A stretch of 64,000 nt of DNA from Octopus sinensis (Eukaryota). Position numbers and translations under genes: made by a program. Shown piece by piece: positions 50,050 through 62,291 of this stretch. Location of the stretch: positions 127,286,001 through 127,350,000 of the forward strand of contig NC_043001.1 of NCBI RefSeq assembly GCF_006345805.1, written 5' to 3'. Under the pieces are notes generated by a model that was given only the letters and a program-made list of their open reading frames with translations, was not told the origin of the DNA and did no database searches. Every line of letters starts with the position of its first letter. Position 1 is the first letter of the stretch.

Positions 50050-50265
50050 TCTATTTCTTTATTACCCACAAGGGGCTAAACATAGAGGGGGCAAACAAGG
50101 AGAGACATAGGTATTAAGTCGATTACATCGACCCCAGTGCGTAACTGGTGCTTAATTTATCGACCCCAAAAGGATGAAAGGCAAAGTCGACCTCGGCGGA
50201 ATTTGAACTCAGAACGTAGCGGCAGAAAAAATACTGCACAGCATTTCGCCCAGCGTGCTAACACA
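50050..50265 (-). mobile_element. SINE family S3
   Basis: Flanked by caggaatgtaa repeats. Confidence 0.85.
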
Positions 50266-50384
50266 GGAATGTAATTATCATATACTATTTTGCTTACATA
50301 ATGACAAGCAAAGATATGGCGAGTCAACATTCACACACACACACACACTCTCTCACACATGACAGGCTTCTGCACAGTTTTCAG

Positions 50385-50765
50385 AGTGGCAGTGTGGTAA
50401 GAAGCTTGCTTCCCAACCACATGGTTCCAGGTTCAGTCCCACTGCATGGCATCTTGGGCAAGTGCCTGCTACTATAGCCTCAGGCCAACCAAAGCCTTGT
50501 GAGTGGATTTGGTAGATGGAAACTAAAAGAAGCCCATTGTAAATATATATTTGTGTGTATGTCTGTGTTTGTCGTCCCCCCACCCACTCCATCGCTTGAC
50601 AACTGATGTTGATGTGTTTACATCCCCGAAACTTTGCAGTTTGGCAAAAGTGAACGATAGAATAAGTACTAGGCTTACAAAGAATGAGTCCTGGGCTTGA
50701 TTTGTTCAACTAAAGGTGGTGCTCCTGCATGGCCGCAGTCAAATGACTGAAACAAGTAAAATAAT
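50385..50765 (+). mobile_element. SINE family S2, diverged
   Basis: Full-length match. Confidence 0.85.
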
Positions 50766-51299
50766 AAAAGAATGTCTGAATGAAGGTAGGTAAAATTGTG
50801 CGAATGGAATAAGGGAAATAAGGGACAGACAGTTCGACAAAGTCGAGAGGTTATAACAGTCAACCAAGAATTAAAAAACTGGGGGACACAATGTAGGCAT
50901 GCGTGAAAAAAATTAACGTAAAAAGTTGTTCACAATGAATTGTATGGCGAAAAACAAAAGAAATAGACTACTGATTCAGGTGAACCCTTTATCAACGTAG
51001 AGGAAGAAATAAAAAAGAAAAGAAATGATAGCTGTTTAGAGCATGTGTATGTCTTTCAACTATATGTGTGTACATATGAAAGAGAATATCAATTCCAATA
51101 TAGGTCATGAAGTGAAGATCAGTATGTAAGACACATGAATTTTCATCATATAAACAAGCATGAATAATGCCTAGAGAGAAAAAGCTTCCCACGGGATTTT
51201 CAGACACCGTAAAAATTAACTCCCTGTATTTCAACAACAGTTGTAATACTGATTTCAAATTTTGGCACAAGGCCAGCTAGTTTGGGGGAGTGAGATGGC

Positions 51300-51470
51300 C
51301 AATAACATCAACTTCAGTGTTCAACTGGTACTTATTTTATCGACCCCCGAAAAGGATGAAAGGCAAAGTTGACTCTGGCAGAATTTGAACTCAGAATGTG
51401 GAGAAGAACAAAATGCTGCTAAGCATTCTGCCTGGTGCGCTAATGATTTCTGCTAGTTCATTGCCTTAAC
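51300..51470 (-). mobile_element. SINE family S3, diverged
   Basis: tatcgacccccgaaaaggatgaaaggcaaagttgac. Confidence 0.75.
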
Positions 51471-51552
51471 AACAGTTGTAATAATAATGATTTTAAATTT
51501 AGCTCAGGGCTATAAATTCTGAGGAAAAGGGGCAGATGTATATAATTAACTG

Positions 51553-51726
51553 AGGCGCAGGAGTGGCTGTGTGGTAAGTAGCTTGTTTACCAACCACATG
51601 GTTCCGGGTTCAGTCCCACTGCGTGGCACCTTGGGCACGTGTCTTCTACTATAGCCTCGGGCCGACCAAAGTCTTGTGAGTGAATTTGGAAGACGGAAAC
51701 TGAAAGAAGCCCGTCGTATATATGTG

Positions 51727-51772
<46 letters not shown>

Positions 51773-51968
51773 GCGTGTGTGTGTCCCCCTAGCATTGTTT
51801 GACAACCGATGCTGGTGTGTTTATGTCCCCATTACTTAGTGGTTCGGCAAAAAGAGACCGATAGAATAAGTACTGGGCTTACAAAAGAAAAAGTCCCGGG
51901 GTCGAGTTGCTTGATTAAAGGCGGTGCTCCAGCATGGCCGCAGTCAAATGACTGAAACCAGTAAGAGT
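51553..51968 (+). mobile_element. SINE family S2, full length
   Basis: Full-length match. Confidence 0.95.
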
Positions 51969-52404
51969 ATATTTCATCAAGTTCTACAAGATTTAGACTC
52001 CAGCTTGGAACATAAAGTGTTATAACAAAATTCCACAAATCATTTTATTAATTGTTCCACTGTTTCTGTCATTATACATACAATAATTATAGTTTAACTT
52101 ATTCTCTCTTCTCCTCTGTGTTTATGATTTCGTCTCTCTTACAGTATGCAGATATAGCAATCCTTTACTCATTGCCTGCCACCAAGCCTAGTGTGCACAC
52201 TTATCCTGCACCCCTTATGTTAACTCTCTGTATCTCTCTTTTACTCTATATGATGTAAAGTGTGACTGGAGGAATCAGCTGGAAGTCAAAATCAGTCCCA
52301 GTAAGGAATAAATAAAAGAACACAAGGCATTTAACCTGCCTGTCTTTGGTTTCTACTGTTCGGTTGCCTTAAAAATTTTCTCTTTAAGAATAACTAATAT
52401 ATTT

Positions 52405-52632
52405 ATTTCTTTACTGCCCACAAGGGGCTAAACATGGAGGGGACAAACAAGGACTGATAAAGGCATTAAGTCGATTACATCGACCCCAGTGCGAAACTGG
52501 TACTTAATTTATCAACCCCGAAAGGATGAAAGGCAAAGTCGATCTTGGCGGAATTTGAACTCAGAACGTAACAACAGACAAAATACAGCTACGTATTTCG
52601 CCCGGCGTGCTAACATTTCTGCCAGCTCGCAG
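52405..52632 (-). mobile_element. SINE family S3
   Basis: Full-length match. Confidence 0.9.
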
Positions 52633-53089
52633 AATATTGATTAGTTGATTCCCCTAGTCACGCTTTACATCATATAGAGTAAAAGAGGGATACAGAGGGT
52701 TAACGTAAGAGGTGAAGGATAAGTGCCCATACAAGGCTTCATGGCTGGCAATAAGTCAAAGAATGCTGTATCTGCACACTGTAAGAGAGAGAGAGATTCA
52801 TAAACACAGTGGAGAAGAGACAGTAAGTTAAATTATAATTAGTGTATGCTTACCATATTTTTTTATATTACCCATGGTGGCAAAAGTATACTTCCAAAGA
52901 TACCCATCATATGACATAACACTCATGTAATAATGATAAGGATTTCATATTGATACAAGGCCTCCAATTTGAAGGTGGGGAGTTAATTGGTATTTCACTA
53001 TATTTTATCAGCCCTGTAAAAGAGAGATACAGAGAGTTAAAAAAAAACTAAATCAAGTATTACAAATCAGATATATTTATGAATGTATA

Positions 53090-53260
53090 GGTGCAGGAGT
53101 GGCTGTGTGGTAAGTAGCTTGCTAACCAACCACATGGTTCCGGGTTCAGTCCCACTGCATGGCATCTTGGGTAAGTGTCTTCTGCTATAGCCCCGGGCCG
53201 ACCAAAGCCTTGTGAGTGGATTTGGTAGACGGAAACTGAAAGAAACCTGTCGTATATATG

Positions 53261-53291
<31 letters not shown>

Positions 53292-53494
53292 GTCTGTGTT
53301 TGTCCTCCTAGCATTGCTTGACAACTGATGCTGGTGTGTTTACGTCCCCGTCACTTAGCGGTTCGGCAAAAAAGACCGATAGAATAAGTACTGGGCTTAC
53401 AAAGAATAAGTCCCGGGGTCGATTTACTCGACTAAAGGCGGTGCTCCAGCATAGCCGCAGTCAAATGACTGAAACAAGTAAAAGAGTAAAGAGT
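53090..53494 (+). mobile_element. SINE family S2, full length
   Basis: Full-length match. Confidence 0.95.
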
Positions 53495-54145
53495 ATGTAT
53501 CCATCCCCAGGGGCCTCAGACACAATCACTACTCATTGCCCTACACTGCAGTCTCATGCCAAAGCCATACACTATGCCTGGGTCCTCCACATTCGGTGCT
53601 TGAGTCTCGCTTCGTTCTTATATTGCTATGACTGCCTAATTTATTGATACTGGAAAGATAAGAAAAGCCGCTCCATCCTACAGGGTATGAATTCAAAATG
53701 TGGTTCAAAATACTTAATCTGCTGTTCTATCATTTCTGCCATCTCACCATTTTTGCTTAAAAATCACTGCAGTAACAAAGGAGTAGTAAACATTGTGGTC
53801 TTTCTGATAGAAGTGTATTCAGTGTGGTTCCCTACCCCCTTTTTTTTTTTTTTAAGGTAGTATTTTGCAGATGGATACTCATCCAGTCACACTTTATGTC
53901 ACTCGTTATGACACTCAGAGATACAGAATATTGACTGTAAAACCAAGATTCAGAGTGTTATTAAAAGTGACATTCATGTAGTAATTGTTTAATCATTGAT
54001 TTTAAAAAAATACTAATACTTCCTTGCTTAAATAATTTATAAGCTACCAGAATGGATGTTTAATCAAGCAAGGTCTCAAACAATCAGGGAAACAAACTGG
54101 ACATATAAAAAAAAGTGGTACCTAATTTGTTTAACAATTAGTTAA

Positions 54146-54557
54146 CCCTTTAGCTTTCAGATTACTCTATCAAATGTAATGCTTATTTATTCACCTTGTT
54201 TTCAATTAACTATGTATTATCTCATTGCTTTGAGATTTCAATGATGTGACTGTATATTTTAAGAACAACATTGTAGGGTAGGTGTGAGAGGCTGGGTTTG
54301 GCCAGTTTGAACATAAACCAGATATGAACAGTTTAACCCTTTAGCATTTAAACCGGCCATATCCGGCCAAAAGTATTCTGCCTGTTTTATGTTCAAACTG
54401 GCCATATCTGGTCTCTCACACCAACCCTACAATATCATCTTAAAAATTAACAGCTACCTCTTCAAAATCTCATAGCTACAAGATAATGCATGATTAATTC
54501 AAAACAATGTGGATGAAGAAGCATTAATTTTGGCAGAATAATGCGAACACTAAAGGG
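54146..54557. mobile_element. piggyBac-like MITE (54337-54557, TTAA-flanked) next to a truncated inverted copy (54146-54330)
   Basis: TTAA|CCCTTTAG...CTAAAGGG|TTAA, 221 bp. Confidence 0.85.
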
Positions 54558-54864
54558 TTAAATACTAATTGGCTACAGGAGTCTGGAGAAATGATGGCAA
54601 CTGATGCTCAGTAATAGTTTTTAAATGAATATGAAACCCAACATTATAACTATTGCATACATGCCAGATACTTATAATGACATGAGTATGATAAAGTTGG
54701 ATTTAATGCTAAATTATCATATCCAAATATTTCAGGATACAAAACCTCCTTCAGCTGATATATTAATATTCATGGTTTTAGAAATCATTTTCTTTTTTTT
54801 TTTTTTCTTAAATTTAATTTGTTTCTATTTTTAATTCATTTCTTTTTCTTTTTTTTTCCTCCAG

Positions 54865-54956
54865 AAATTGGTGTTGGTCTTGCTGGCTTTGGAATAACGT
54901 TCCTCTTCTTAGGAGTTTTGTTCTTTTTTGATAAAGGACTGCTAGCATTTGGAAAT
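54865..54956 (+). CDS. GOLT1B: GOLT1B coding exon 2 (92 nt)
   Basis: tttcctccag|AA ATT GGT...GGA AAT|gtaagt; [30 protein letters not shown] matches the Got1 family. Confidence 0.97.
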
Positions 54957-55206
54957 GTAAGTATAAGAGTGAATGTAAAAGGAAGTAAACAGATATCTCT
55001 CAGTTTCAATGATGAGTATTTTAGGTATTCAGTCTGCTGAATTAGCTTCTAATTAAATAATAGTCTAAATCAGTGACTCTCAACTGGGGTCCATACGGCC
55101 CCTGAGGGTCCTGTTAAAATTCATGTGCAATAAACTGGTTGTACTTCTACGATAGACAAAATATTAAATTTTTTTTTCAATACAGTTCCTAATAATATTT
55201 CAGTAT

Positions 55207-55590
55207 AGGCGCAGGAGTGGGTGTGTGGTAAGTAGTTTGCTAACCAACCACATGGTTCCGGGTTCAGTCCTACTGCGTGGCATCTTGGGCAAGTGTCTTC
55301 TACTATAGCCCCAGGCCGACCAATGCCTTGTGAGTGGATTTGGTAGACGGAAACTGAAAGAAGCCTGTCGTATATATGTATATATATATATGTTTGTGTG
55401 TCTGTGTTTGTCTCCCTAGCATTGCTTGACAATCGATGCTGGTGTGTTTACGTCCCCGTCACTTAGCAGTTCGGCAAAAGAGACCGATAGAATAAGTACT
55501 GGGCTTACAAAGAATAAGTCCCGGGGTCGATTTGCTTGACTAAAGGCGGTGCTCCAGCATGGCTGCAGTCTGAAATGAGTAAAGAGTATA
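55207..55590 (+). mobile_element. SINE family S2, full length (a diverged copy follows at 55600-55990)
   Basis: Full-length match. Confidence 0.9.
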
Positions 55591-56024
55591 ACCAGTACTA
55601 AGATTTTTCTTGTACATATAGGCACCATCATGGCTGTATGGTTAAGAAGCTTACTTTGCAACCATGGGGTTTTCAGTTCAGTCCCATTGCACAGCACCTT
55701 GGGCATGTTTCTTTTACTACAGCCATGAGCCAACCAATGCCTTGTAAATGAATTTGGTGGGCAGAAACTGTATGGAAACCTTTCATGTGTGTGTGTTTGC
55801 ATTTGTCTGTCCCACTGTTCATTTGTTTATGCCTCTGTACTTCAGTAGTTCAGCAAAATGCGACCATTAGTCTCATTTTGCTGAAAATGAGACTAATAAG
55901 TACCAGATGTTAAAATAAAATAAACACTAGGATTAGTTTGTTCAACTAAATTGTTCAAGGCAGTAACCTGCATAATGACTGAAACAAGTATATGTGCGCG
56001 TATGTATATACATATATATATGTA

Positions 56025-56334
56025 TCACTGTGATCACCATGACCGACCAGGCTATCAGATGTTGCTACACATCGCTGGTCACAATGCGCTTCGCATTGTT
56101 TTAGCCTCCAAATGACGCCACCCCGCTGGTTAAGCGAGCAGGCCAACAGAAGAAAGAGTGAGAGAAAGTTGTGGCGAAAGAGTACAGCAGGGATCGCCAC
56201 CATCCCCTGCCGGAGCCTCGTGGAGTTTTAGGTGTTTTCGCTTAATAAACACTCACAACGCCCGGTCTGGGAATCGAAACCGCGATCCTACAACCGTGAG
56301 TCTGCTGCCCTAACCACTGGGCCATTGCGCCTCC
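56025..56334 (-). mobile_element. SINE family S1, tail type B
   Basis: Reverse complement of the 10434 copy. Confidence 0.9.
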
Positions 56335-56367
<33 letters not shown>

Positions 56368-56429
56368 CACATACATATATGTGTATATATATATACACAT
56401 ACATATATATATTTATATATATATATATA

Positions 56430-56910
56430 GAGATACCCTTCGCTTATGAATGACCATGGGGTTGCACCTACAAAGTTACCCTCCGAGGCACAAGTCCAGG
56501 TTGTTTATGGAAGACCAGCAGTCGCCCATGCGTACCAGCCATAAAGCTTGGCACCAGTGCTGTTGCAACTCATTTCTACAGCTGAGTGAACTGAAGCAAC
56601 ATGAAATAAAGTGTCTTGCTCAAGAACACAACACGCAACCTGGTCTGGGAAATGAACTCACAACATCACGATTGTAAGCTCAACGCTCTAACCACTGAGC
56701 CATGTGCCTTCATATATATATATAATGTGTGTGTGGTAAGTAGCTTGTCTACCAACCACATGGTTCCGGGTTCAGTCCCACTGCGTGGCACCTTGGGCAA
56801 GTGTCTTCTACTATAGCCTCGGGCCAACTAAAGCCTTGTGAGTGGATTTGGTAGACGGAAACTGAAAAGAAGCCCGTCGTATATATATATATATATTATA
56901 TATATATATT

Positions 56911-56982
<72 letters not shown>

Positions 56983-57427
56983 TACCCTTCGCTTATGAAT
57001 GACCATGGGGTTGCACCTACAAAGTTACCCTCCGAGGCACAAGTCCAGGTTGTTTATGGAAGACCAGCAGTCGCCCATGCGTACCAGCCATAAAGCTTGG
57101 CACCAGTGCTGTTGCAACTCATTTCTACAGCTGAGTGAACTGAAGCAACATGAAATAAAGTGTCTTGCTCAAGAACACAACACGCAACCTGGTCTGGGAA
57201 ATGAACTCACAACATCACGATTGTAAGCTCAACGCTCTAACCACTGAGCCATGTGCCTTCATATATATATATAATGTGTGTGTGGTAAGTAGCTTGTCTA
57301 CCAACCACATGGTTCCGGGTTCAGTCCCACTGCGTGGCACCTTGGGCAAGTGTCTTCTACTATAGCCTCGGGCCAACTAAAGCCTTGTGAGTGGATTTGG
57401 TAGACGGAAACTGAAAAGAAGCCCGTC

Positions 57428-57429
<2 letters not shown>
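56430..57429. repeat. Direct tandem duplication, period 549 bp (S4 minus copy, S2 head, (TA)n)
   Basis: 56430-56880 and 56979-57429 appear identical; the second S2 continues to 57665. Confidence 0.95.
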
Positions 57430-57464
<35 letters not shown>

Positions 57465-57683
57465 TGTGTGTGTCTGTGTTTGTCCCCCTAGCATTGCTTG
57501 ACAACTGATGCTGGTGTGCTTATGTCCCCGTTACTTAGCAGTTTGGCAAAAGAGACCAATAGAATAAGTACTGGGCTTACAAAAAGAATAAGTCCCGGGG
57601 TCGAGTTGCTCAATTAAAGGCGGTGCTCCAGCATGGCCGCAGTCAAATGACTGAAACAAGTAAAAGTGTATATTAGTAGTAGT

Positions 57684-58163
57684 AAAATGGGTGGCTTATT
57701 AGCAATTAGAGCCTAAAGACAAAATTAATAGAGGTCACAAAAATGACGGAGGGTGGTGACCAGCACCGCTTATGCTAAAAACAAGAGTTAAATTAACTCT
57801 AAACTCACTAAAGTACCCACTTTTATGACCTCTATTAATTTTGTCTTCAGGTTCAAATTGCCAATAAGCCACCCTTTTAATTTATTGTTTACACTTTCAC
57901 TATTTGGAAAATCAGCATATGATTTAAACCATGTCTCTTATATGATTGACAAGGGAAGTTGTGTTTAACCCTTGGCGTTAAGAGCTGCTGGTGAGAATTA
58001 AGGTGTTCTACACCAAATTTCGAAACTGCAATGTGGCTATGTACGCTAGGGATTTACCTCCCTTTGTCAGTCATTAATCTAGCCCTTCAGTGATTTTAGA
58101 GTTAATTCAACTCTTGTTTTTAGCATAAGCAGTGCTGGCCAGCATCCCCCATCACTTTGTGAC
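57684..58163. repeat. Overlapping inverted repeats A-B-A'...B'
   Basis: 57684-57742 pairs with 57821-57878; 57733-57813 pairs with 58085-58163. Confidence 0.85.
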
Positions 58164-58377
58164 ATACATACATACAATATATATATATATATAATACAAA
58201 ATAAGAAAATGGAGAAATACATCTAAATCAATAATCAACTACCAGATAATACCCAATCACATAATTTATCAAACCACTACATATGAACATTAAGGTCAAA
58301 CTAGCAGTATATTGGATATATGTTATCCCATAGGTGGGTTGCACTCACAACCCCTATCTCAATTTGTATAATAAAAT

Positions 58378-58700
58378 AACAATAATAATAATAATAATGA
58401 AATTATTGTATACAGTGCTCAGGTGCACCACAACTTGTCAGAAAGTGCATATAAAGTACATGCAATAATGTAAAAATGTCTGGAAAGCGAACAATGTATG
58501 AGTCAGATACATCCTTGTGTGTGTATGGAGGGGAGAAAATCAGGTGTAGTGTTGGCGAATCTCAGAAAGCATAGAAGTTTTGAAGGATGCAGTGCTCCGA
58601 CAACTAACAACTGATGCCGGCAGTTTGTTCCATGCTTCAGCAGCTCTCAGCGTGAAAAAATGTTTCCTGAAGTCATGGGAGCTGTGCTGTTTTCTGACTT
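58378..58700 (-). mobile_element. CR1-clade LINE 3' end (second family)
   Basis: KVRKQHSSHDFRKHFFTLRAAEAWNKLPASVV...FK; (TAT)n tail. Confidence 0.85.
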
Positions 58701-58794
58701 TGTAAATATATTTGTATATATATATATACAGATATTTCTTAGACAACGTACTTAATGACTGATGATTTATCAATATATTTTCTTTCTTTTCTAG

Positions 58795-58973
58795 ATACTA
58801 TTTATAAGTGGCTTGGGGTGTGTCATTGGGCTGGAGAGAACTTTTCGATTCTTCTTTCAGCGACACAAGGTGAAGGCAACTGGTTTCTTTGTAATTGGTA
58901 TACTTATTGTACTTATCGGCTGGCCAGTCATTGGCATGTGCTTAGAAATGTATGGATTCTTCTTATTATTTAG
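58795..58973 (+). CDS. GOLT1B: GOLT1B coding exon 3 (179 nt)
   Basis: ttttctag|ATA CTA...TTT AG|gtaagt; ILFISGLGCVIGLERTFRFFFQRHKVKATGFFVIGILIVLIGWPVIGMCLEMYGFFLLF. Confidence 0.97.
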
Positions 58974-59196
58974 GTAAGTTCATAAATTTTTTTGCACCTA
59001 AATCCCATATACTCACTATAATACATCTTGTCTATGTTCTAGTTATAGGCATTATTTTTCACCGAGAACAAATTTTCAGTACAATTCACTTGAACTTGCC
59101 TCCCTTGCATATAGCATGATGCTAGAGTTAAGTCCCTTTATTGATATTTAATTTGCATATTTAGGGTCTTTCCTTTACAAGGTTTTCAGTACATCT

Positions 59197-59444
59197 ACGA
59201 GGTGTTGCAAAGTTCCTGGCTTTGAGTAAAAAAAAATACTGGAGGATCAGTTAATTATGATTTTATTCGACATATTGAAGGCGCAGGAGTGGCTGTGTGG
59301 TAAGTAGTTTGCTTACCAACCACATGGTCCCGGGTTCAGTCCCACTGCGTGGCACCTTAGGCAAGTGTCTTTTACTATAGCCTCGGGCCGACCAAAGCCT
59401 TGTGAGTGGATTTGGTAGACGGAAACTGAAAGAAGCCCGTCGTA

Positions 59445-59491
<47 letters not shown>

Positions 59492-59860
59492 ATATGTTTG
59501 TGTGTCTGTGTTTGTCCCCCCAACATCGCTTGACAACCAATGCTGATGTGTTTACGTCCCCGTAACTCAGCGGTTCGGTAAAAGGAGCCCGATAGAATAA
59601 GTACTAGGCTTACAATGAATAAGTCCTGGGGTCGATTTGCTCGACTAAAGGCGGTACTCCAGCATGGCCGCAGTCAAATGACTGAAACAAGTAAAATAGT
59701 AAAATAGTAAATTCTCCTCTCAGATTCACACACTTATTGCAGCGGTTCTTCAGTTTTTTTTTTAAGCCTCGTAAAAGAACTCAGAAGGTTGGGTCTCCAA
59801 CCAGCCCTTTCATGGCACTTTTAAAGCCAGGAATTTTTCAGCACCCCATCGTAGAAGGTT
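59197..59860 (+). mobile_element. Mariner-derived non-autonomous element interrupted by an S2 SINE (59279-59705)
   Basis: tacgaggtgttgcaaagttcctggctttgagt...tattcgacatat [S2] ...ctcagattcacacacttattgcag...gtaaaagaactcagaagg. Confidence 0.8.
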
Positions 59861-59948
59861 CGGTAATACAGTCTTCATATTAGACTAAGTTCTGGAACAG
59901 CAATGTTAAATCTGTCTTAATGTATGACCAAGAAAGTTATTAAGTAGT

Positions 59949-60337
59949 GGATGGAAGCACTCCGTCGGTTACGACGATGAGGGATCTGGTTGATCCGAAT
60001 CAACGGAACAGCCTGCTCGTGAAATTAACGTGTAAGTGGCTGAGCACTACACAGACACGTGCACCCTTAACGTAGTTCTCGGCGATATTCAGCGTGACAC
60101 AGAGAGTGACAAGGCCGGCCCTTTGAAATACAGGTACAACAGAAACAGGAAGTAAGGGTGAGAGAAAGTTGTGGTGAAGGAGTACAGCAGGGATCACCAC
60201 CATCCCCTGCCGGAGCCTCGTGGAGCTTTTAGGTGTTTTCGCCCAATAAACACTCACAACGCCCGGTCTGGGAATCGAAACCGCGATCCTATGACCGCGA
60301 GTCCACTGCCCTAACCACTGGGCCATTGCGCCTCCAC
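59949..60337 (-). mobile_element. SINE family S1, tail type A, with TSD
   Basis: ttattaagtagt duplicated on both flanks. Confidence 0.95.
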
Positions 60338-60379
60338 TTATTAAGTAGTAAAAGGAGGTCTAAATAAGATCAATATTTT

Positions 60380-60680
60380 CTACAGACGGCACATGAAGAA
60401 AACCTGCCACATCTTCTGGTTCAGCAAAATGTCAGATAAGGAGTCATACTGTGAAACTTGTTGCTGTAGTGTAAATCCTTGAAACAAAACATCTATAGCT
60501 CTGATGGCTGGGCCACACGCAGGATGGATTGGATTAGGATACCAAAGGTAGCATTGAGACTGACATCTTTTGGAAAGTGAAAGCCTGCATGGCCAAAGAA
60601 CTCCTGATATAGAGAAGCTGAAATGAACCAAGGAGATGGGTCTTACATGAAGCAAAGCATAGAGAGTTGCTTAACACTAT
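60380..60680 (+). mobile_element. Decayed RTE-like LINE 3' fragment
   Basis: RIPKVALRLTSFGK*KPAWPKNSW...EMGLT resembles RIPKVALRWTP.GKRK.GRPK.TW. Confidence 0.6.
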
Positions 60681-60699
60681 TTAATAGAATGCAAGAGTT

Positions 60700-61110
60700 T
60701 ACTCTTTTATTTTATTCTTTTACTTGTTTCAGTCATTTGACTGTGGCCATGCTGGAGCACCGCCTTTAATCGAGCAACTCAACCCCGGGACTTATTCTTT
60801 TGTAAGCCCAGTACTTACACTATCGGTCTCTTTTGCCAAACCGCTAAGTAACGGGGACATAAACACATCAGCATCGGTTGTCAAGCAATGCTAGGGGACA
60901 AACACAGATACACAAACACACACACACACACATATATATATATACATATATACGACGGGCTTCTTTCAGTTTCCGTCTACCAAATCCACTCACAAGGCTT
61001 TTGTCGGCCCAAGTAGAAGACACTTGCCCAAGGTGCCACGCAGTGGGACTGAACCCGGAACCGTGTGGTTGGTAGACAAGCTACTTACCACACAGCCACT
61101 CCTGCACCTA
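60700..61110 (-). mobile_element. SINE family S2, full length
   Basis: Reverse complement of S2. Confidence 0.95.
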
Positions 61111-61551
61111 TTTGTTTGTTTAACATCTTAAAATATATTTAAAGAAATATCTTTGAGAGAAGACATAACAGTATGGATTAAAATATTTGAAAATGATACA
61201 GTAATTGAAAGAAGCTATATCAGTTTTGAAGAGCTGGGTTTCTGGTGGTCAAACACTACCTCAAATCAGGGTTGATTTTTAGTGTAGGATATGTTAAAAA
61301 GAGTCCCTTTATTGCTTAGCCAACAAAGAAATGCCGAGCCCAATTAATACTCTTACAAAGTCTTTGACACTAGTGAGAGGAGAGGAGGAAAGTATCCTCA
61401 AACTGTGCTGAATGCTGGCAACAGACTACTCTAATCCTAAAGATATAGATACTAAGAGCTTAATTCAGCTATTTTTCTCTTTTTACATTAACATTCTAAT
61501 GTTGTATGTGATATAACAACCAGTAAAATACTATCTTTTTTTTTTATACAG

Positions 61552-61633
61552 TGGTTTCTTCCCAGTTGCTGTAAATTTTCTGCGTCGTGTACCTATAATT
61601 GGCACTGTTCTCAATCTACCAGGAATTAGTTCT
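61552..61633 (+). CDS. GOLT1B: GOLT1B coding exon 4 (82 nt); gene continues, last exon not found
   Basis: ttttatacag|T GGT TTC...AGT TCT|gtaagt; (S)GFFPVAVNFLRRVPIIGTVLNLPGISS. Exons total 378 nt (126 codons) with no stop. Confidence 0.97.
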
Positions 61634-61871
61634 GTAAGTATCTCTATCTTTTATACATGGATGTATGTTTTAGCACTCCGGTTACTCTTGATCATCCCAT
61701 CTCTTTTTGAAATATATTGTATCAATGACTATATTATCCAATATGTTCTTTCTTTCTTGAAGACGACAGCTAGTATGATTTGATAGAGTTTTGGTTATTT
61801 TGGCTGTAGTTTGTGGAATTACAAACGATGACCTACAGACTGGGTTTTGTGTGTGATTATGTGTGACAACT

Positions 61872-62080
61872 TTACTCTTTTACTTGTTTCAGTCATTTGA
61901 CTGCGGCCATGCTGGAGCACCGTCTTTAGTCGAGCAACTCGACCCCGGGACTTATTCTTTGTAAGCCCAGTATTCTATCGGTCTCTTTTACCGAACCGCT
62001 AAGTGACGGGGACATAAACACACCAGCATCGGTTGTCAAGCAATGCTAGGGGGACAAACACAGACACACATATGCACACG

Positions 62081-62157
<77 letters not shown>

Positions 62158-62291
62158 TACGACGGGCTTCTTTCAGTTTCCGTCTACCAAATCCACTCAC
62201 AAGACACTTGCTGAAGGTGCCACGCAGTGGGACTGAACCCGGAACCATGTGGTTGGTAAGCAAGCTACTTACCACACAGCCACTCCTGCGC
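61872..62291 (-). mobile_element. SINE family S2 with small internal deletion
   Basis: Reverse complement of S2. Confidence 0.95.
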
